Assembly (NCBI RefSeq): GCF_009856865.1 | Contig: NZ_WVUD01000008.1 | Coordinates: 67,499-131,498, forward strand | DNA from: Solidesulfovibrio aerotolerans | Lineage (GTDB): Bacteria > Desulfobacterota > Desulfovibrionia > Desulfovibrionales > Desulfovibrionaceae | Length of the DNA stretch: 64,000 nt | Direction: 5' to 3' | Notes under the pieces: model-generated | Told to the model about the DNA's origin: nothing | The model's database searches: none | What the model saw: the letters and a program-made list of their open reading frames with translations, nothing else | Position numbers and translations under genes: made by a program | In this document: positions 36,274 to 44,853 of the stretch, one piece after another | How the letters are laid out: each line of letters opens with the position of its first letter | Position numbering within the stretch: the stretch's first letter is position 1

Positions 36274-39200
36274 GACCGGGCCGGCTCCCTTGGCGCAACG
36301 GTCCGGCCGCGACCGGCCAGACGCTCGAAGAACAGGTAAATAACCGGCGTGGTATAAAGGGTCAGCACCTGGCTGACCACCAGCCCGCCGACGATGGCGA
36401 TGCCAAGGGGCCGGCGCAGTTCGCTGCCCACGCCCGTTCCGAGGGCCAGGGGCAAGGCACCTAAAAGGGCGGCCATGGTGGTCATCATGATGGGGCGAAA
36501 GCGCAGCAGACAGGCTTCATAAATGGCCTCGCGCGGTGGGAGTCCCCGTTCGCGTTCGGCGGTCAGGGCGAAATCCACCATCATGATGCCATTTTTTTTA
36601 ACGATACCAATGAGCAAGATGATGCCGATAACGGCCATGATGCCCAGATCCTCGCCGCACAGCCATAAGGCTCCCACCGCTCCGACCCCGGCCGAAGGCA
36701 GGGTGGAGAGGATGGTCACGGGGTGGATAAAGCTCTCATACATGACCCCAAGGACAATATAGACCGTAATAAGGGCGGCCAGGATGAGCAGCGGCTGGTT
36801 TTGCAGCGAATCCATAAAGGCCCGGGCCGCGCCGACAAAGGCCCCGGCTATGCTGGCCGGCAGGCCGAGCTCGGCCGAGACGGCCTTGACGGCTGCCACC
36901 GCATCGCCCAACGAATGGCCCGGGGCCACGTCAAAGGAGATGGTGGCGGCCGGAAACTGGGCTTGCCGGTTAATCACCAGCGGCGTTTCCCCCTGGGTCA
37001 CCGTGGCCACGGCGGAAAGCGGCACCTGCCCGCCGTCGATCCCGGACAGGCGGATGCGGTCCAGGGCCTGCGGCCCCTGGGCCATGGCCGGGGCCATGCC
37101 CAGCACCACCCTATATTGGCTCAGTTCCGTAAACATGGTGGAAATCTGGCGCTGGCCAAAGGCGTCATAAAGCACGTCGTCCACGTCGGCAGGGGTTATG
37201 CCATAGCGGGCGGCGGCCACCCGGTCGATGTCCACGTTGACCCGAAGCCCGCCCAGGGCCAGATTGTGGGAGACGTTTCGCATCTCGGGCCGCGCGGCCA
37301 GGGCTTTGACAAAATGCGGCGTCCACTGGGCCAGATCCTGGCTGCTGGGGGTCTCCAGGGTGTACTGGTACTGGGCCCGCCCGGCCCGGGCGTCCACGGA
37401 CAGATCCTGGACCGGCGAGAGCGCCACGGTCAGCCCCGGCAGGGTGCGGGTTTTCTCTTCCAGGCGTCTGGCCACCTGGGCCGCGTCGGCCTTGCGGGCA
37501 CTCTTGGGGATCAGTTCCATGGCAATGCGGCCCACGTTGGGGCTGGGGTTGACCCCGTCCACGCCAACGAAGACCGCAACCGTAGCTACAGCCGGGTCTG
37601 CGGCCAGAATCTCGGACAGCCCGGCCTGGGCCTGGGAGACGGCGGCAAAGGAGGCTGTGGCCGCAGTCTCGAAAACGCCTGTCAGGCCGCCGGTGTCCTG
37701 CACCGGGAAAAAGCCCTTGGGCACGGCGGCATACAGCCACACCGTGGCCGCAACCGTGGCCACGGCCACAACAAGGGTTGTCGGCTGATGGCGCAGCACC
37801 ACGGTAAGCGTTCGGGCGTAGAACCGGGACAGGCCCGCGAAAAAGGTCTGGAAGCCCCGGGTTACAAAGTTACCGCGCAGCCTTCCCGTCTTCTGGCCAA
37901 CAGCCTGCCCCTCCTTCTGGCCCCGGCCCAGCAGCCGGGCGCACAACATGGGCGTCAGCGTCAGCGACACCACGGCCGACAACAAAATGGCCACGCCCAA
38001 GGTCACGGCGAATTCCCGGAACAGCCGGCCCACCACGTCGCCCATAAAGAGCAGCGGAATAAGCACCGCCACCAGCGATACGGTGAGCGACAGGATGGTA
38101 AACCCGATCTGCCCGGCCCCGTCGAGGGCGGCCTTAAGCGGGGCAACACCTTCTTCCACATGGCGGGCCACGTTTTCGATCATGACAATGGCGTCGTCCA
38201 CCACGAAGCCGGTGGCAATGGTCAGCGCCATCAGCGTCAGATTATTGAGGCCATAGCCCAGCAGATACATGACGCCAAAGGTGCCGATCAGGGACAGGGG
38301 CACGGCCGTGCCAGGGATGAGCGTGGCTGGCAGGTCGTTTAAGAATAAGTAAATGACCCCGACCACCAGGATGACCGCCAGCAGCAGCTCGATCTGCACG
38401 TCGTCGATGGAGGCCCGGATGGTGACGGTGCGGTCGGTTAGAACGGCCAGATCCACCGTGGCTGGCAAGGCGGCGCGCAGTTGGGGCATGATGGTTTTGA
38501 TGCGGTCCACCACGGCGATGACGTTGGCTCCGGGCTGGCGCTGGATATTGAGCACAATGGCCGGCTTGCCGCCCACCCAGGCGGCTTGGCGCAGATCTTC
38601 GGGGCCGGCATGGACGTCGGCCACGTCGGAAAGCCGCACCGGCCGGCCGTCGTGGTAGGCAATGATGAGCGGCCGGTATTCCTCGCTGGACAGCAACTGG
38701 TCGTTGGTTTCCAGGATCGAAGACTGGCGCGGGCCGTCAAAGCCGCCCTTGGCCTTATTGACGTTGGCAGCGGCAATGGCCGTGCGCACGTCTTTAAGGC
38801 CCAGGCCATAGGCCGCCAGGGCGGTTGGGTTGGCGTCGATGCGCACGGCCGGTCGCTGGCCGCCGGCCACGCTGACCAGCCCCACGCCCGAGAGCTGGGA
38901 AATCTTTTGGGCCAGCCGCGTGTCGGCCAGATCCTGAATCTCGGTCAACGCCATGGTTTCCGAGGTCAGGGCCAGGGACAGGATGGGCGTGTCGGCCGGG
39001 TTGACCTTGCTGTAGACCGGCGGGGTGGGCAGGTCGGTGGGCAGCAGGCTGTAGGCCGTGTTGATGGCCGCCTGCACCTCCTGCTCGGCCACATCAAGGC
39101 TTAGGCTCAGGGCGAATTGCAGGGTGATGACCGAGGCCCCCGAAGAACTCACCGAGGACATTTCGGTTAAGCCCGGCATCTGGCCGAATTGGCGTTCCAG

Positions 39201-39398
39201 CGGTGCGGTCACGGCCGAGGCCATCACATCCGGGCTGGCACCGGGATAAAAGGTGCGCACCTGGATGGTGGGATAATCCACTTGCGGCAGGGCGGAAACC
39301 GGCAATTGGAAATAGGCGACGGCTCCGGCCAGGATCACCGCCACCATAATCAGGCTGGTGGCCACCGGGCGCAGGATGAACGGGCGCGACAGGTTCAT
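36270..39398 (-). CDS. RND multidrug efflux permease (MdtB-like)
   Basis: 1042 aa, paralogous to the downstream permease. Start overlaps the stop of the membrane-fusion protein gene. Confidence 0.85.
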   Translation of the reverse strand: MNLSRPFILRPVATSLIMVAVILAGAVAYFQLPVSALPQVDYPTIQVRTFYPGASPDVMASAVTAPLERQFGQMPGLTEMSSVSSSGASVITLQFALSLSLDVAEQEVQAAINTAYSLLPTDLPTPPVYSKVNPADTPILSLALTSETMALTEIQDLADTRLAQKISQLSGVGLVSVAGGQRPAVRIDANPTALAAYGLGLKDVRTAIAAANVNKAKGGFDGPRQSSILETNDQLLSSEEYRPLIIAYHDGRPVRLSDVADVHAGPEDLRQAAWVGGKPAIVLNIQRQPGANVIAVVDRIKTIMPQLRAALPATVDLAVLTDRTVTIRASIDDVQIELLLAVILVVGVIYLFLNDLPATLIPGTAVPLSLIGTFGVMYLLGYGLNNLTLMALTIATGFVVDDAIVMIENVARHVEEGVAPLKAALDGAGQIGFTILSLTVSLVAVLIPLLFMGDVVGRLFREFAVTLGVAILLSAVVSLTLTPMLCARLLGRGQKEGQAVGQKTGRLRGNFVTRGFQTFFAGLSRFYARTLTVVLRHQPTTLVVAVATVAATVWLYAAVPKGFFPVQDTGGLTGVFETAATASFAAVSQAQAGLSEILAADPAVATVAVFVGVDGVNPSPNVGRIAMELIPKSARKADAAQVARRLEEKTRTLPGLTVALSPVQDLSVDARAGRAQYQYTLETPSSQDLAQWTPHFVKALAARPEMRNVSHNLALGGLRVNVDIDRVAAARYGITPADVDDVLYDAFGQRQISTMFTELSQYRVVLGMAPAMAQGPQALDRIRLSGIDGGQVPLSAVATVTQGETPLVINRQAQFPAATISFDVAPGHSLGDAVAAVKAVSAELGLPASIAGAFVGAARAFMDSLQNQPLLILAALITVYIVLGVMYESFIHPVTILSTLPSAGVGAVGALWLCGEDLGIMAVIGIILLIGIVKKNGIMMVDFALTAERERGLPPREAIYEACLLRFRPIMMTTMAALLGALPLALGTGVGSELRRPLGIAIVGGLVVSQVLTLYTTPVIYLFFERLAGRGRTVAPREPARS

Positions 39399-40597
39399 GG
39401 TTTGGCGGCCGTCGTCGGGCCGTTGTTTCTGATCGTCACTTTGGCTCCGTCGCGCAGCCTGTCCGCCCCCTCGACCACCACCACCGCCCCGGCAGCCAGG
39501 CCCGAGGCGATCACCACGTCCTCGCCAACAGCCATACCGGCAGTCACCGGCTGGGACTTGGCCACACCCTCGGCCCCCACCACATACACCCGCGCCCCCT
39601 TGGGACCATGCTGCACCGCAGCGGCCGGCACCAGGATCACATCCTTGCGCTCTTCCAACAGCAACTCGGCGTTGACGAACTGGTTGGGGAACAGCGCCTC
39701 GTCGGTGTTGTCGAAAACGGCCCGCAGTTTGACCGTGCCGGTAGTGGTATCGATCTGGTTATCGACGTTGCCAAGAGTCCCCGTGGCCAGTTTGCGGGTC
39801 ATGGTGCGGTCGTAGGCGGCAACGGAGAGCTTTTCCCCGGCCCGGAAACGGCTGAGCACTGCCGGCAACTGGTCTTCGGGCAGGGTGAAAAGGACGCTTA
39901 TGGGCGAGACCTGGGTGATGACGCACAGGCCCGTCGTGTCTGCGGCCTTGACCATATTGCCGGCATCGACCTTGCGCAGGCCCACCCGGCCGGTGACCGG
40001 GGCGGTGATGCGGCTGTATTCGAGCTGGAGTCTGGCGTTGTCGATAAGCGCCTTGTCCGTGCGGATGGCCCCTTCGTACTGGTGCACCAGCGACAGTTGC
40101 GTGTCCTTGGTCTGGCCGGCCAGCATGTCTTTTTGGGCCAGATTGGCGTAGCGGATAAGGTCAGCCCTGGCGTTTTCCAGAATCGCCGTGTCCTTGGCCA
40201 ACTGGCCCTGGTACTGCTCCAACTGGGCGGCAAAGGCGCGCGGGTCGATCTGGGCCAGCAGATCGCCCTCTTTGACGAGCTGGCCTTCTTCAAAACGCAC
40301 GTTCATGAGTTCGCCGTCCACCCGGCTTGTAACGGTCACGGTGCGCAGCGGCGTCACCGTGCCAATGCCGGAAAGCGTCACCGGGGCAACGCCTGTGCGG
40401 GCCGTGGCTGTTGTCACCGAAACCGCCTGGCCGCCAAGGCCGGGAGGGCCGCCCGGACCGCCGGGCCCGCCCGGCTGGGCCTGGCCGTTGCCGGCGCTGT
40501 GCCACCAAAAGGCCCCGGCGCACAGGAGCAGCAGCGCGCCGAGCGCCAGCCAACGAAACGGTCCCTTGCGGGCTGGACCGGAATCAGTCGTATGCAT
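39395..40597 (-). CDS. RND efflux membrane-fusion protein (HlyD/MdtA-like)
   Basis: Signal-anchor FRWLALGALLLLCAGAFWW, coiled-coil and lipoyl/beta-barrel segments. Start MHTTD (40597) has an AAGGAAG RBS. Confidence 0.8.
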   Translation of the reverse strand: MHTTDSGPARKGPFRWLALGALLLLCAGAFWWHSAGNGQAQPGGPGGPGGPPGLGGQAVSVTTATARTGVAPVTLSGIGTVTPLRTVTVTSRVDGELMNVRFEEGQLVKEGDLLAQIDPRAFAAQLEQYQGQLAKDTAILENARADLIRYANLAQKDMLAGQTKDTQLSLVHQYEGAIRTDKALIDNARLQLEYSRITAPVTGRVGLRKVDAGNMVKAADTTGLCVITQVSPISVLFTLPEDQLPAVLSRFRAGEKLSVAAYDRTMTRKLATGTLGNVDNQIDTTTGTVKLRAVFDNTDEALFPNQFVNAELLLEERKDVILVPAAAVQHGPKGARVYVVGAEGVAKSQPVTAGMAVGEDVVIASGLAAGAVVVVEGADRLRDGAKVTIRNNGPTTAAKP

Positions 40598-40851
40598 CGC
40601 GAACTTCCTTGATAAATGATTCGGCCCTGGCGCGGGCCGGGCGGGGCCGGTCCGGGTCGAATCGGATTTGCCTTCGCCTGGGCCACGTCGCAGCCGGGCG
40701 CGCAAAGGTTACAGCTTAGGCTGGCCGGGGGCCAGTCTGGAAAGAGCGTCCTTCATTTTTGTCAGGGTGTTAAACCAATTTGTACGACAGTGTCGGTGCC
40801 GCGTTGCGGGACAGCCTCGTTGTGTCTAACACAGAAAAGGCAAAGAAGTGC

Positions 40852-40894
40852 AAACGGCCGACAGTCCCGCGTCAGGGGAGGCTGTCGGCCGTTT
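40852..40894 (-). terminator. Strong stem-loop (13-bp perfect inverted repeat AAACGGCCGACAG...CTGTCGGCCGTTT) downstream of the small Cys-rich ORF
   Basis: 13-bp arms with a 17-nt loop. On the minus strand it is followed by a T-containing tract. Confidence 0.5.
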
Positions 40895-40944
40895 GGCGGC
40901 GCGTATGCCGGCGGCTGGGGTGCGGGCCGGCGGTTGGGCGAACG

Positions 40945-41148
40945 CTACATGCCGCCGCACAGGCGGGCGAAGCTCATGCACTCGAACCGATTGCTAAAGG
41001 GGCACGGCTCCTTGGAAAACCACTTGCGCTTGGGGCACCAGTAGGCGTTTTTAAAGGGCTCGTTGCACCCGGAGGGCGTCGTGGCCTTGCGGGTGTACGA
41101 GCCGAACCGCATCTTGCCATCGCTGTGACTGACGTTCCAGACGGCCAT
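40945..41148 (-). CDS. Small Cys-rich protein (67 aa, 5 Cys), unknown function
   Basis: MAVWNVSHSDGKMRFGSYTRKATTPSGCNEPFKNAYWCPKRKWFSKEPCPFSNRFECMSFARLCGGM. GGAGGTG RBS lies 6 nt upstream. It has its own terminator hairpin and sits upstream of the RND operon. Confidence 0.45.
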   Translation of the reverse strand: MAVWNVSHSDGKMRFGSYTRKATTPSGCNEPFKNAYWCPKRKWFSKEPCPFSNRFECMSFARLCGGM

Positions 41149-41366
41149 GGTCGACACCTCCGTTGTGTTTCTCCCTGCATAGGCCGGGCCAACGGAATCT
41201 ATTGCCATCTGGTTATGATTTAAACGATTTTTTGCCACAAGGCCGCCGCGTCGCCCCAGCCCGCCAGCCAGCCCTGGCGCACCGCCGCGATTTGATCTAA
41301 GAGCCAGTCCGTACCCCATACCCACCGCGCGCCGGAGACGAAAACCGGCGGGCAAAGGAGGACGCC

Positions 41367-41984
41367 TTGGGACTTTTGGCCGCCAGCGGCGGATTCACCC
41401 GATATAGGTTTGTCGGCGAGGTCAACAAACAGACCCTGCGCGAGGCCCCGGACCGGCTCAAGAAATACGCCTTCGTGGACATCGACGGCACCGCCGACGA
41501 ACGCTCCTACGGCTGGGTCGCCTTTGAAGACTACCTCGACACCGAATGGCGCGGCGCGCCCCCGGAAAAAGGCCACTATCTGGCTTTTTCCCTGCGCCTG
41601 GACACCCGGCGCATCTCGCCGGCCGTCTTTAAAAAACACCTGCGCCTGGCCATCGACATCGAAAAACAGCAGATGCAGGGCGAAGGCAAGGTCTTTATCT
41701 CCAAAGACCGCAAGAAAGAGATCGCCGAACGCGTCAAACTCTCGCTCATGGCCCGGGCGCTGCCCATCCCGGCCGTGTTCGAGATTGTCTGGAACACCAT
41801 CGATCAGGTTCTGTGGCTGTGTACCACCAACGGCAAGATGCAGCAGCTCTTTGAGGATCTGTTCACCATGACCTTTGAGATGCACCTGGAGCCGCAAACG
41901 CCGTCCTATCTGGCCGAACGCATCGTCGGCGTCGAACGCGCCCTGGCCATCGAACACCTCGAACCCAGCCAGTTCGGCGGCTAA
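41367..41984 (+). CDS. rdgC: RdgC-like recombination-associated protein, N-terminal two-thirds (TTG start)
   Basis: GGAGGA RBS 4 nt before TTG. KYAFVDIDGTADERSYGWVAFED, ISPAVFKKHL and IVWNTIDQVLWL align to E. coli RdgC segments as recalled from memory. It ends exactly at the repeat array. Confidence 0.55.
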   Translation: MGLLAASGGFTRYRFVGEVNKQTLREAPDRLKKYAFVDIDGTADERSYGWVAFEDYLDTEWRGAPPEKGHYLAFSLRLDTRRISPAVFKKHLRLAIDIEKQQMQGEGKVFISKDRKKEIAERVKLSLMARALPIPAVFEIVWNTIDQVLWLCTTNGKMQQLFEDLFTMTFEMHLEPQTPSYLAERIVGVERALAIEHLEPSQFGG

Positions 41985-42100
41985 CCAGGGGCGCTGCCCC
42001 TGGACCCCGGCAGGGCGCTGCCCTGCACCCGCCAGGGCGCTGCCCTGGACCCGCCGGGGGGATGATCCCCCCGGACCCCCCGACGGGGGAGGGGAGGGGT
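41985..42100. repeat. Three tandem copies of about 22-bp CAGGGCGCTGCCCTG(G/C)ACCCGC plus a palindromic unit CCGGGGGGATGATCCCCCCGGACCCCCC
   Basis: Direct repeats at 41985-42054. The same palindrome as the copy A termini is at 42050-42095. It lies between the two RdgC-like ORFs. Confidence 0.6.
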
Positions 42101-42148
42101 GTGGCGGCGGCCTTTTTTGTCGCAATTGCTCACGCGTGGAGAGAAAAT

Positions 42149-42676
42149 ATGGATTCGATGATGGCGGAAGCCAAAAACCCGGTGCTCGGCCAGGATTTCC
42201 TGACCTGGCTGTGGTTTAAAAGCGAAAAAAGCGGCTGGCTGTTCAAGCTGCCCGACGGCGGCGAGGTCAACGTCTATCTGGAGCAAAAGATTTCCGTGCG
42301 CGGCGGCGTCGGTGAAGAAGCCGAAACCGCCACGGTGTCCGGTCCCCATGCCCAGTTCGGCGAGGCGCGGCTTGGCGTGAAAAGCGGCAAACGCGTGGAC
42401 CGGGCGCTGATTCGCTTCGAACAGGACGGCGAAACCTGGACCGTGACGGCCAAGGCCGACGATTTCACCTTCAATGCCCTGCGCCCGCCCAAAACCGAAA
42501 GCCGCAGCGAAGAAGGCGAAGACCCGGACGCCAAGGTGCTGGAAAAAATGTATTTGATCGAAAAATGCGCCACCTTCTTCGACGCGCTCTACACCCAGTT
42601 CCTGGCCGTGCGCCTCAGCCAGGGCTGGACCGGCGAACTCTCCGATTTCAACGAATGGCTGCACGAAGGCGTGTAG
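42149..42676 (+). CDS. RdgC-like protein, C-terminal third (separate ORF)
   Basis: DFLTWLWFKSEKSGWLFKL resembles the E. coli RdgC TLTEWVRSG region, as recalled from memory. GGAGAG RBS 5 nt before ATG. Confidence 0.5.
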   Translation: MDSMMAEAKNPVLGQDFLTWLWFKSEKSGWLFKLPDGGEVNVYLEQKISVRGGVGEEAETATVSGPHAQFGEARLGVKSGKRVDRALIRFEQDGETWTVTAKADDFTFNALRPPKTESRSEEGEDPDAKVLEKMYLIEKCATFFDALYTQFLAVRLSQGWTGELSDFNEWLHEGV

Positions 42677-42689
42677 GTGTTGGTGCAGG

Positions 42690-43058
42690 TGTAGGGGAGA
42701 GGGAAGAAAAGGCGAAGATGCCTCCGGCGGCCGGGGGCCTGAGGCCCCCGGACCCCCCACCGGGAAAAGTATTTAAGGGGTATTGGACGTGGGCTGGCCT
42801 ACTGGTCGGTTACCGGCCCGGACAGTCAGCCTGTGTACTTGACGGGGCCGCTTGCGCCTGCGTCCTGAATCCGATTCGGTGGATTCTGGACGCAGGCGCA
42901 AGCGGCCCCGCAGACGTTTAAACGCGAAAATTTCGTTCCCGCCACAATCCAAGGCACCCCCTCGTTTCGAAGGGGGGTGTCGGGGGGAAACGCTTTTCAA
43001 AAGCGTTTCCCCCTGACATTCGCCTTTCATCTTCGCCTTTTGCCTTCGTCTCTTCGCC
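42690..43058. mobile_element. MITE-like palindromic repeat element, copy B
   Basis: The left end is GGCGAAGATGCCTCCGGCGGCCGGGGGCCTGAGGCCCCCGGACCCCCC. Internal perfect 20-bp inverted repeat GGCCGCTTGCGCCTGCGTCC/GGACGCAGGCGCAAGCGGCC (42846-42910). 15-bp stem GGGGGAAACGCTTTT/AAAAGCGTTTCCCCC (42976-43012). The right end CATCTTCGCC is inverted relative to the left GGCGAAGATG. It shares the TTTAAAGGGG...GGCTGG module with copy A. Confidence 0.55.
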
Positions 43059-43583
43059 TCAAAACATCTTCAAAGCCCGCAGCGTATAGTCCAGCATCTC
43101 GTCAACCGGCCGGTCGGGCAGGCAGGCGTGGGCCAGGGACAGGTAGAGCGGCTCGCGTTCGGCCAGGGTGGCGACGATTTCTTCTTTAAGCCCCAGTTCC
43201 GTCAGGTTGGGCCGCTGCTCGGCGTTGAGGTCGGCCATGAGCCGCTCGGCCAGCCGGTCCGGGTGGGCTTGCAGATAAAGCACCAATCCTTTGGCCAGCC
43301 GGGCGCGGTTTTCGGGCATAAGCACCACGCCGCCGCCCGTGGCGGCGACCAGCCCTTTTTGGGTGGCGGTTTCGGCCAGGATTTCGGCTTCGGCCAGGCG
43401 AAAAGCGTCCCAGCCTTCGCGGGCGACCAGGGCGGCGATGGTTTCCCCGCGCACGGCGACAAATTGGGCGTCGAGGTCCACAAACGGGCGGCCCAGGCGT
43501 TCGGCCAGACGTTTGCCCAGGGTGGTCTTGCCCGAGGCCCGGGGGCCGATGAGATAGATATTGGTTTCCTCGGAAAGGGGCAT
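43059..43583 (-). CDS. aroK: Shikimate kinase
   Basis: 174 aa, MPLSEETNIYLIGPRASGKTTLGKRLAERLGRPFVDLD. GGGAGA RBS. The long upstream extension in the ORF track is rejected. Confidence 0.85.
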   Translation of the reverse strand: MPLSEETNIYLIGPRASGKTTLGKRLAERLGRPFVDLDAQFVAVRGETIAALVAREGWDAFRLAEAEILAETATQKGLVAATGGGVVLMPENRARLAKGLVLYLQAHPDRLAERLMADLNAEQRPNLTELGLKEEIVATLAEREPLYLSLAHACLPDRPVDEMLDYTLRALKMF

Positions 43584-43748
43584 GGCTGTCTCCCAATGGG
43601 GGCGTGCGGCCGGCAGGATGCGGCCGCCGGGTCCGGGGATAGCCTTGCCGGGGCAACTTGTCGAGGTGCAGGTGTAACCGCTGGCCGTGTCCGAGCGCCT
43701 GATCCGGTGACGTGCCTGGGGGAGGGGCGTTACAAGGAGGCGTTTGCC

Positions 43749-44369
43749 ATGGCGACATTGCGCAGCGGGGAATGCGCGCCCAAAGGCGGCGACGGGACCG
43801 CCAAGGCGACGGGTTCCGGCCTGCGTCTGGACGGCATCGACGACGGTGCCCTGGCCCGGGCGGCGGCCCAAGGCGATCAGCGGGCCTTTGCCGTGCTGGT
43901 GGGCCGGCATCAACAGGACGTGACCCATCTGGCCTCGCGGTTTTGCCAGGAACCGGCCGGGGTTGAGGATCTGGCCCAGGAAGTGTTTGTCAAAGCCTAT
44001 CTCAATCTGGGCGGGCTGCGCGACGGGGCCATGTTTCGCAGTTGGCTGCACCGCATAGCCGCCAACACCTGCATCGACTGGCTACGCCGGCGCAAGGCCG
44101 AGGTCGGGCTGGTCAGCGGCCTGGAGGACTCCCTGCCCGACGAGGGCGAAGTGGCCAGAGGGCAGGCCCGGGAGGCCCGGCGGCGGCTGGAGGCGGCCAT
44201 GTCCGTTCTTGGCCCCAAGGACCGGCTGCTGGTGGCCTTGCTGGGGCTTGAGGGCAAAAGTGTGGAAGAAGTGGCCGAGTTGACGGGTCTTTCCCGGGTC
44301 AATGTCAAGGTGCGGGCCTTTCGGGCCAGACGCAAGCTCAAAGCGTTTTTGGAGAAGGATCATGGCTGA
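43749..44369 (+). CDS. ECF (extracytoplasmic-function) sigma-70 family factor
   Basis: Region 2 is LAQEVFVKAYLNLGG...FRSWLHRIAANTCIDWLRRR. Region 4 is EEVAELTGLSRVNVKVRAFRARRKL. AAGGAGG RBS. Confidence 0.8.
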   Translation: MATLRSGECAPKGGDGTAKATGSGLRLDGIDDGALARAAAQGDQRAFAVLVGRHQQDVTHLASRFCQEPAGVEDLAQEVFVKAYLNLGGLRDGAMFRSWLHRIAANTCIDWLRRRKAEVGLVSGLEDSLPDEGEVARGQAREARRRLEAAMSVLGPKDRLLVALLGLEGKSVEEVAELTGLSRVNVKVRAFRARRKLKAFLEKDHG

Positions 44370-44763
44370 AGCAACGCCGAGTTGGCGCAGCGCAACGGTG
44401 GCGGTCGTGTTTGTTTTAGGGGTGGGGTTGGGCTGGCTTGGTGCCAGCCGTCAGGCCATGCTTGATAATCGGGCCAGGGATGTGGCCGGTTTCGAGGTCA
44501 TGCGCCAGCGGGTGGACGCCGAGTATATGCGCCGGCTGGATTTAAGCGAGGCGCAGCGCAAACATTTTACGGCCGTGTGGGATGAAGCCCACCGGGAACT
44601 GAATCTGGCCATGAGCCGGATGCGTCCCGAATTTGACGGCCTGCTGCAACGCATAGACGAGCGTGTCCGCCCGACGCTGAGTCCCCGCCAGTTGGCCGTC
44701 TACGACCGGCTGGAAAGCGAGCGGCGGTCCCAACTGCCCCCGCGCCCGGCCGACAGCGAATAG
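44362..44763 (+). CDS. Membrane-anchored periplasmic LTXXQ-motif protein (Spy/CpxP-like), probable cognate anti-sigma or partner of the ECF sigma
   Basis: TM ATVAVVFVLGVGLGWLG. LSEAQRKHF and LSPRQLAVYDRL motifs. The start overlaps the sigma stop by ATGGCTGA. Confidence 0.55.
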   Translation: MAEATPSWRSATVAVVFVLGVGLGWLGASRQAMLDNRARDVAGFEVMRQRVDAEYMRRLDLSEAQRKHFTAVWDEAHRELNLAMSRMRPEFDGLLQRIDERVRPTLSPRQLAVYDRLESERRSQLPPRPADSE

Positions 44764-44853
44764 TCCCGCACGCCGGGAATTCCGGCATGCCCGCCCAGGG
44801 AGCGCTGCGCCAAACCGAAGCCCCCTGGTCCAGGCCCAACGTTTGAGGGCGTG

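Noticed and set aside
36723-38342. 539-aa plus-strand ORF
   Set aside because: Antisense within the RND permease gene. Gly/His/Arg-rich nonsense translation.
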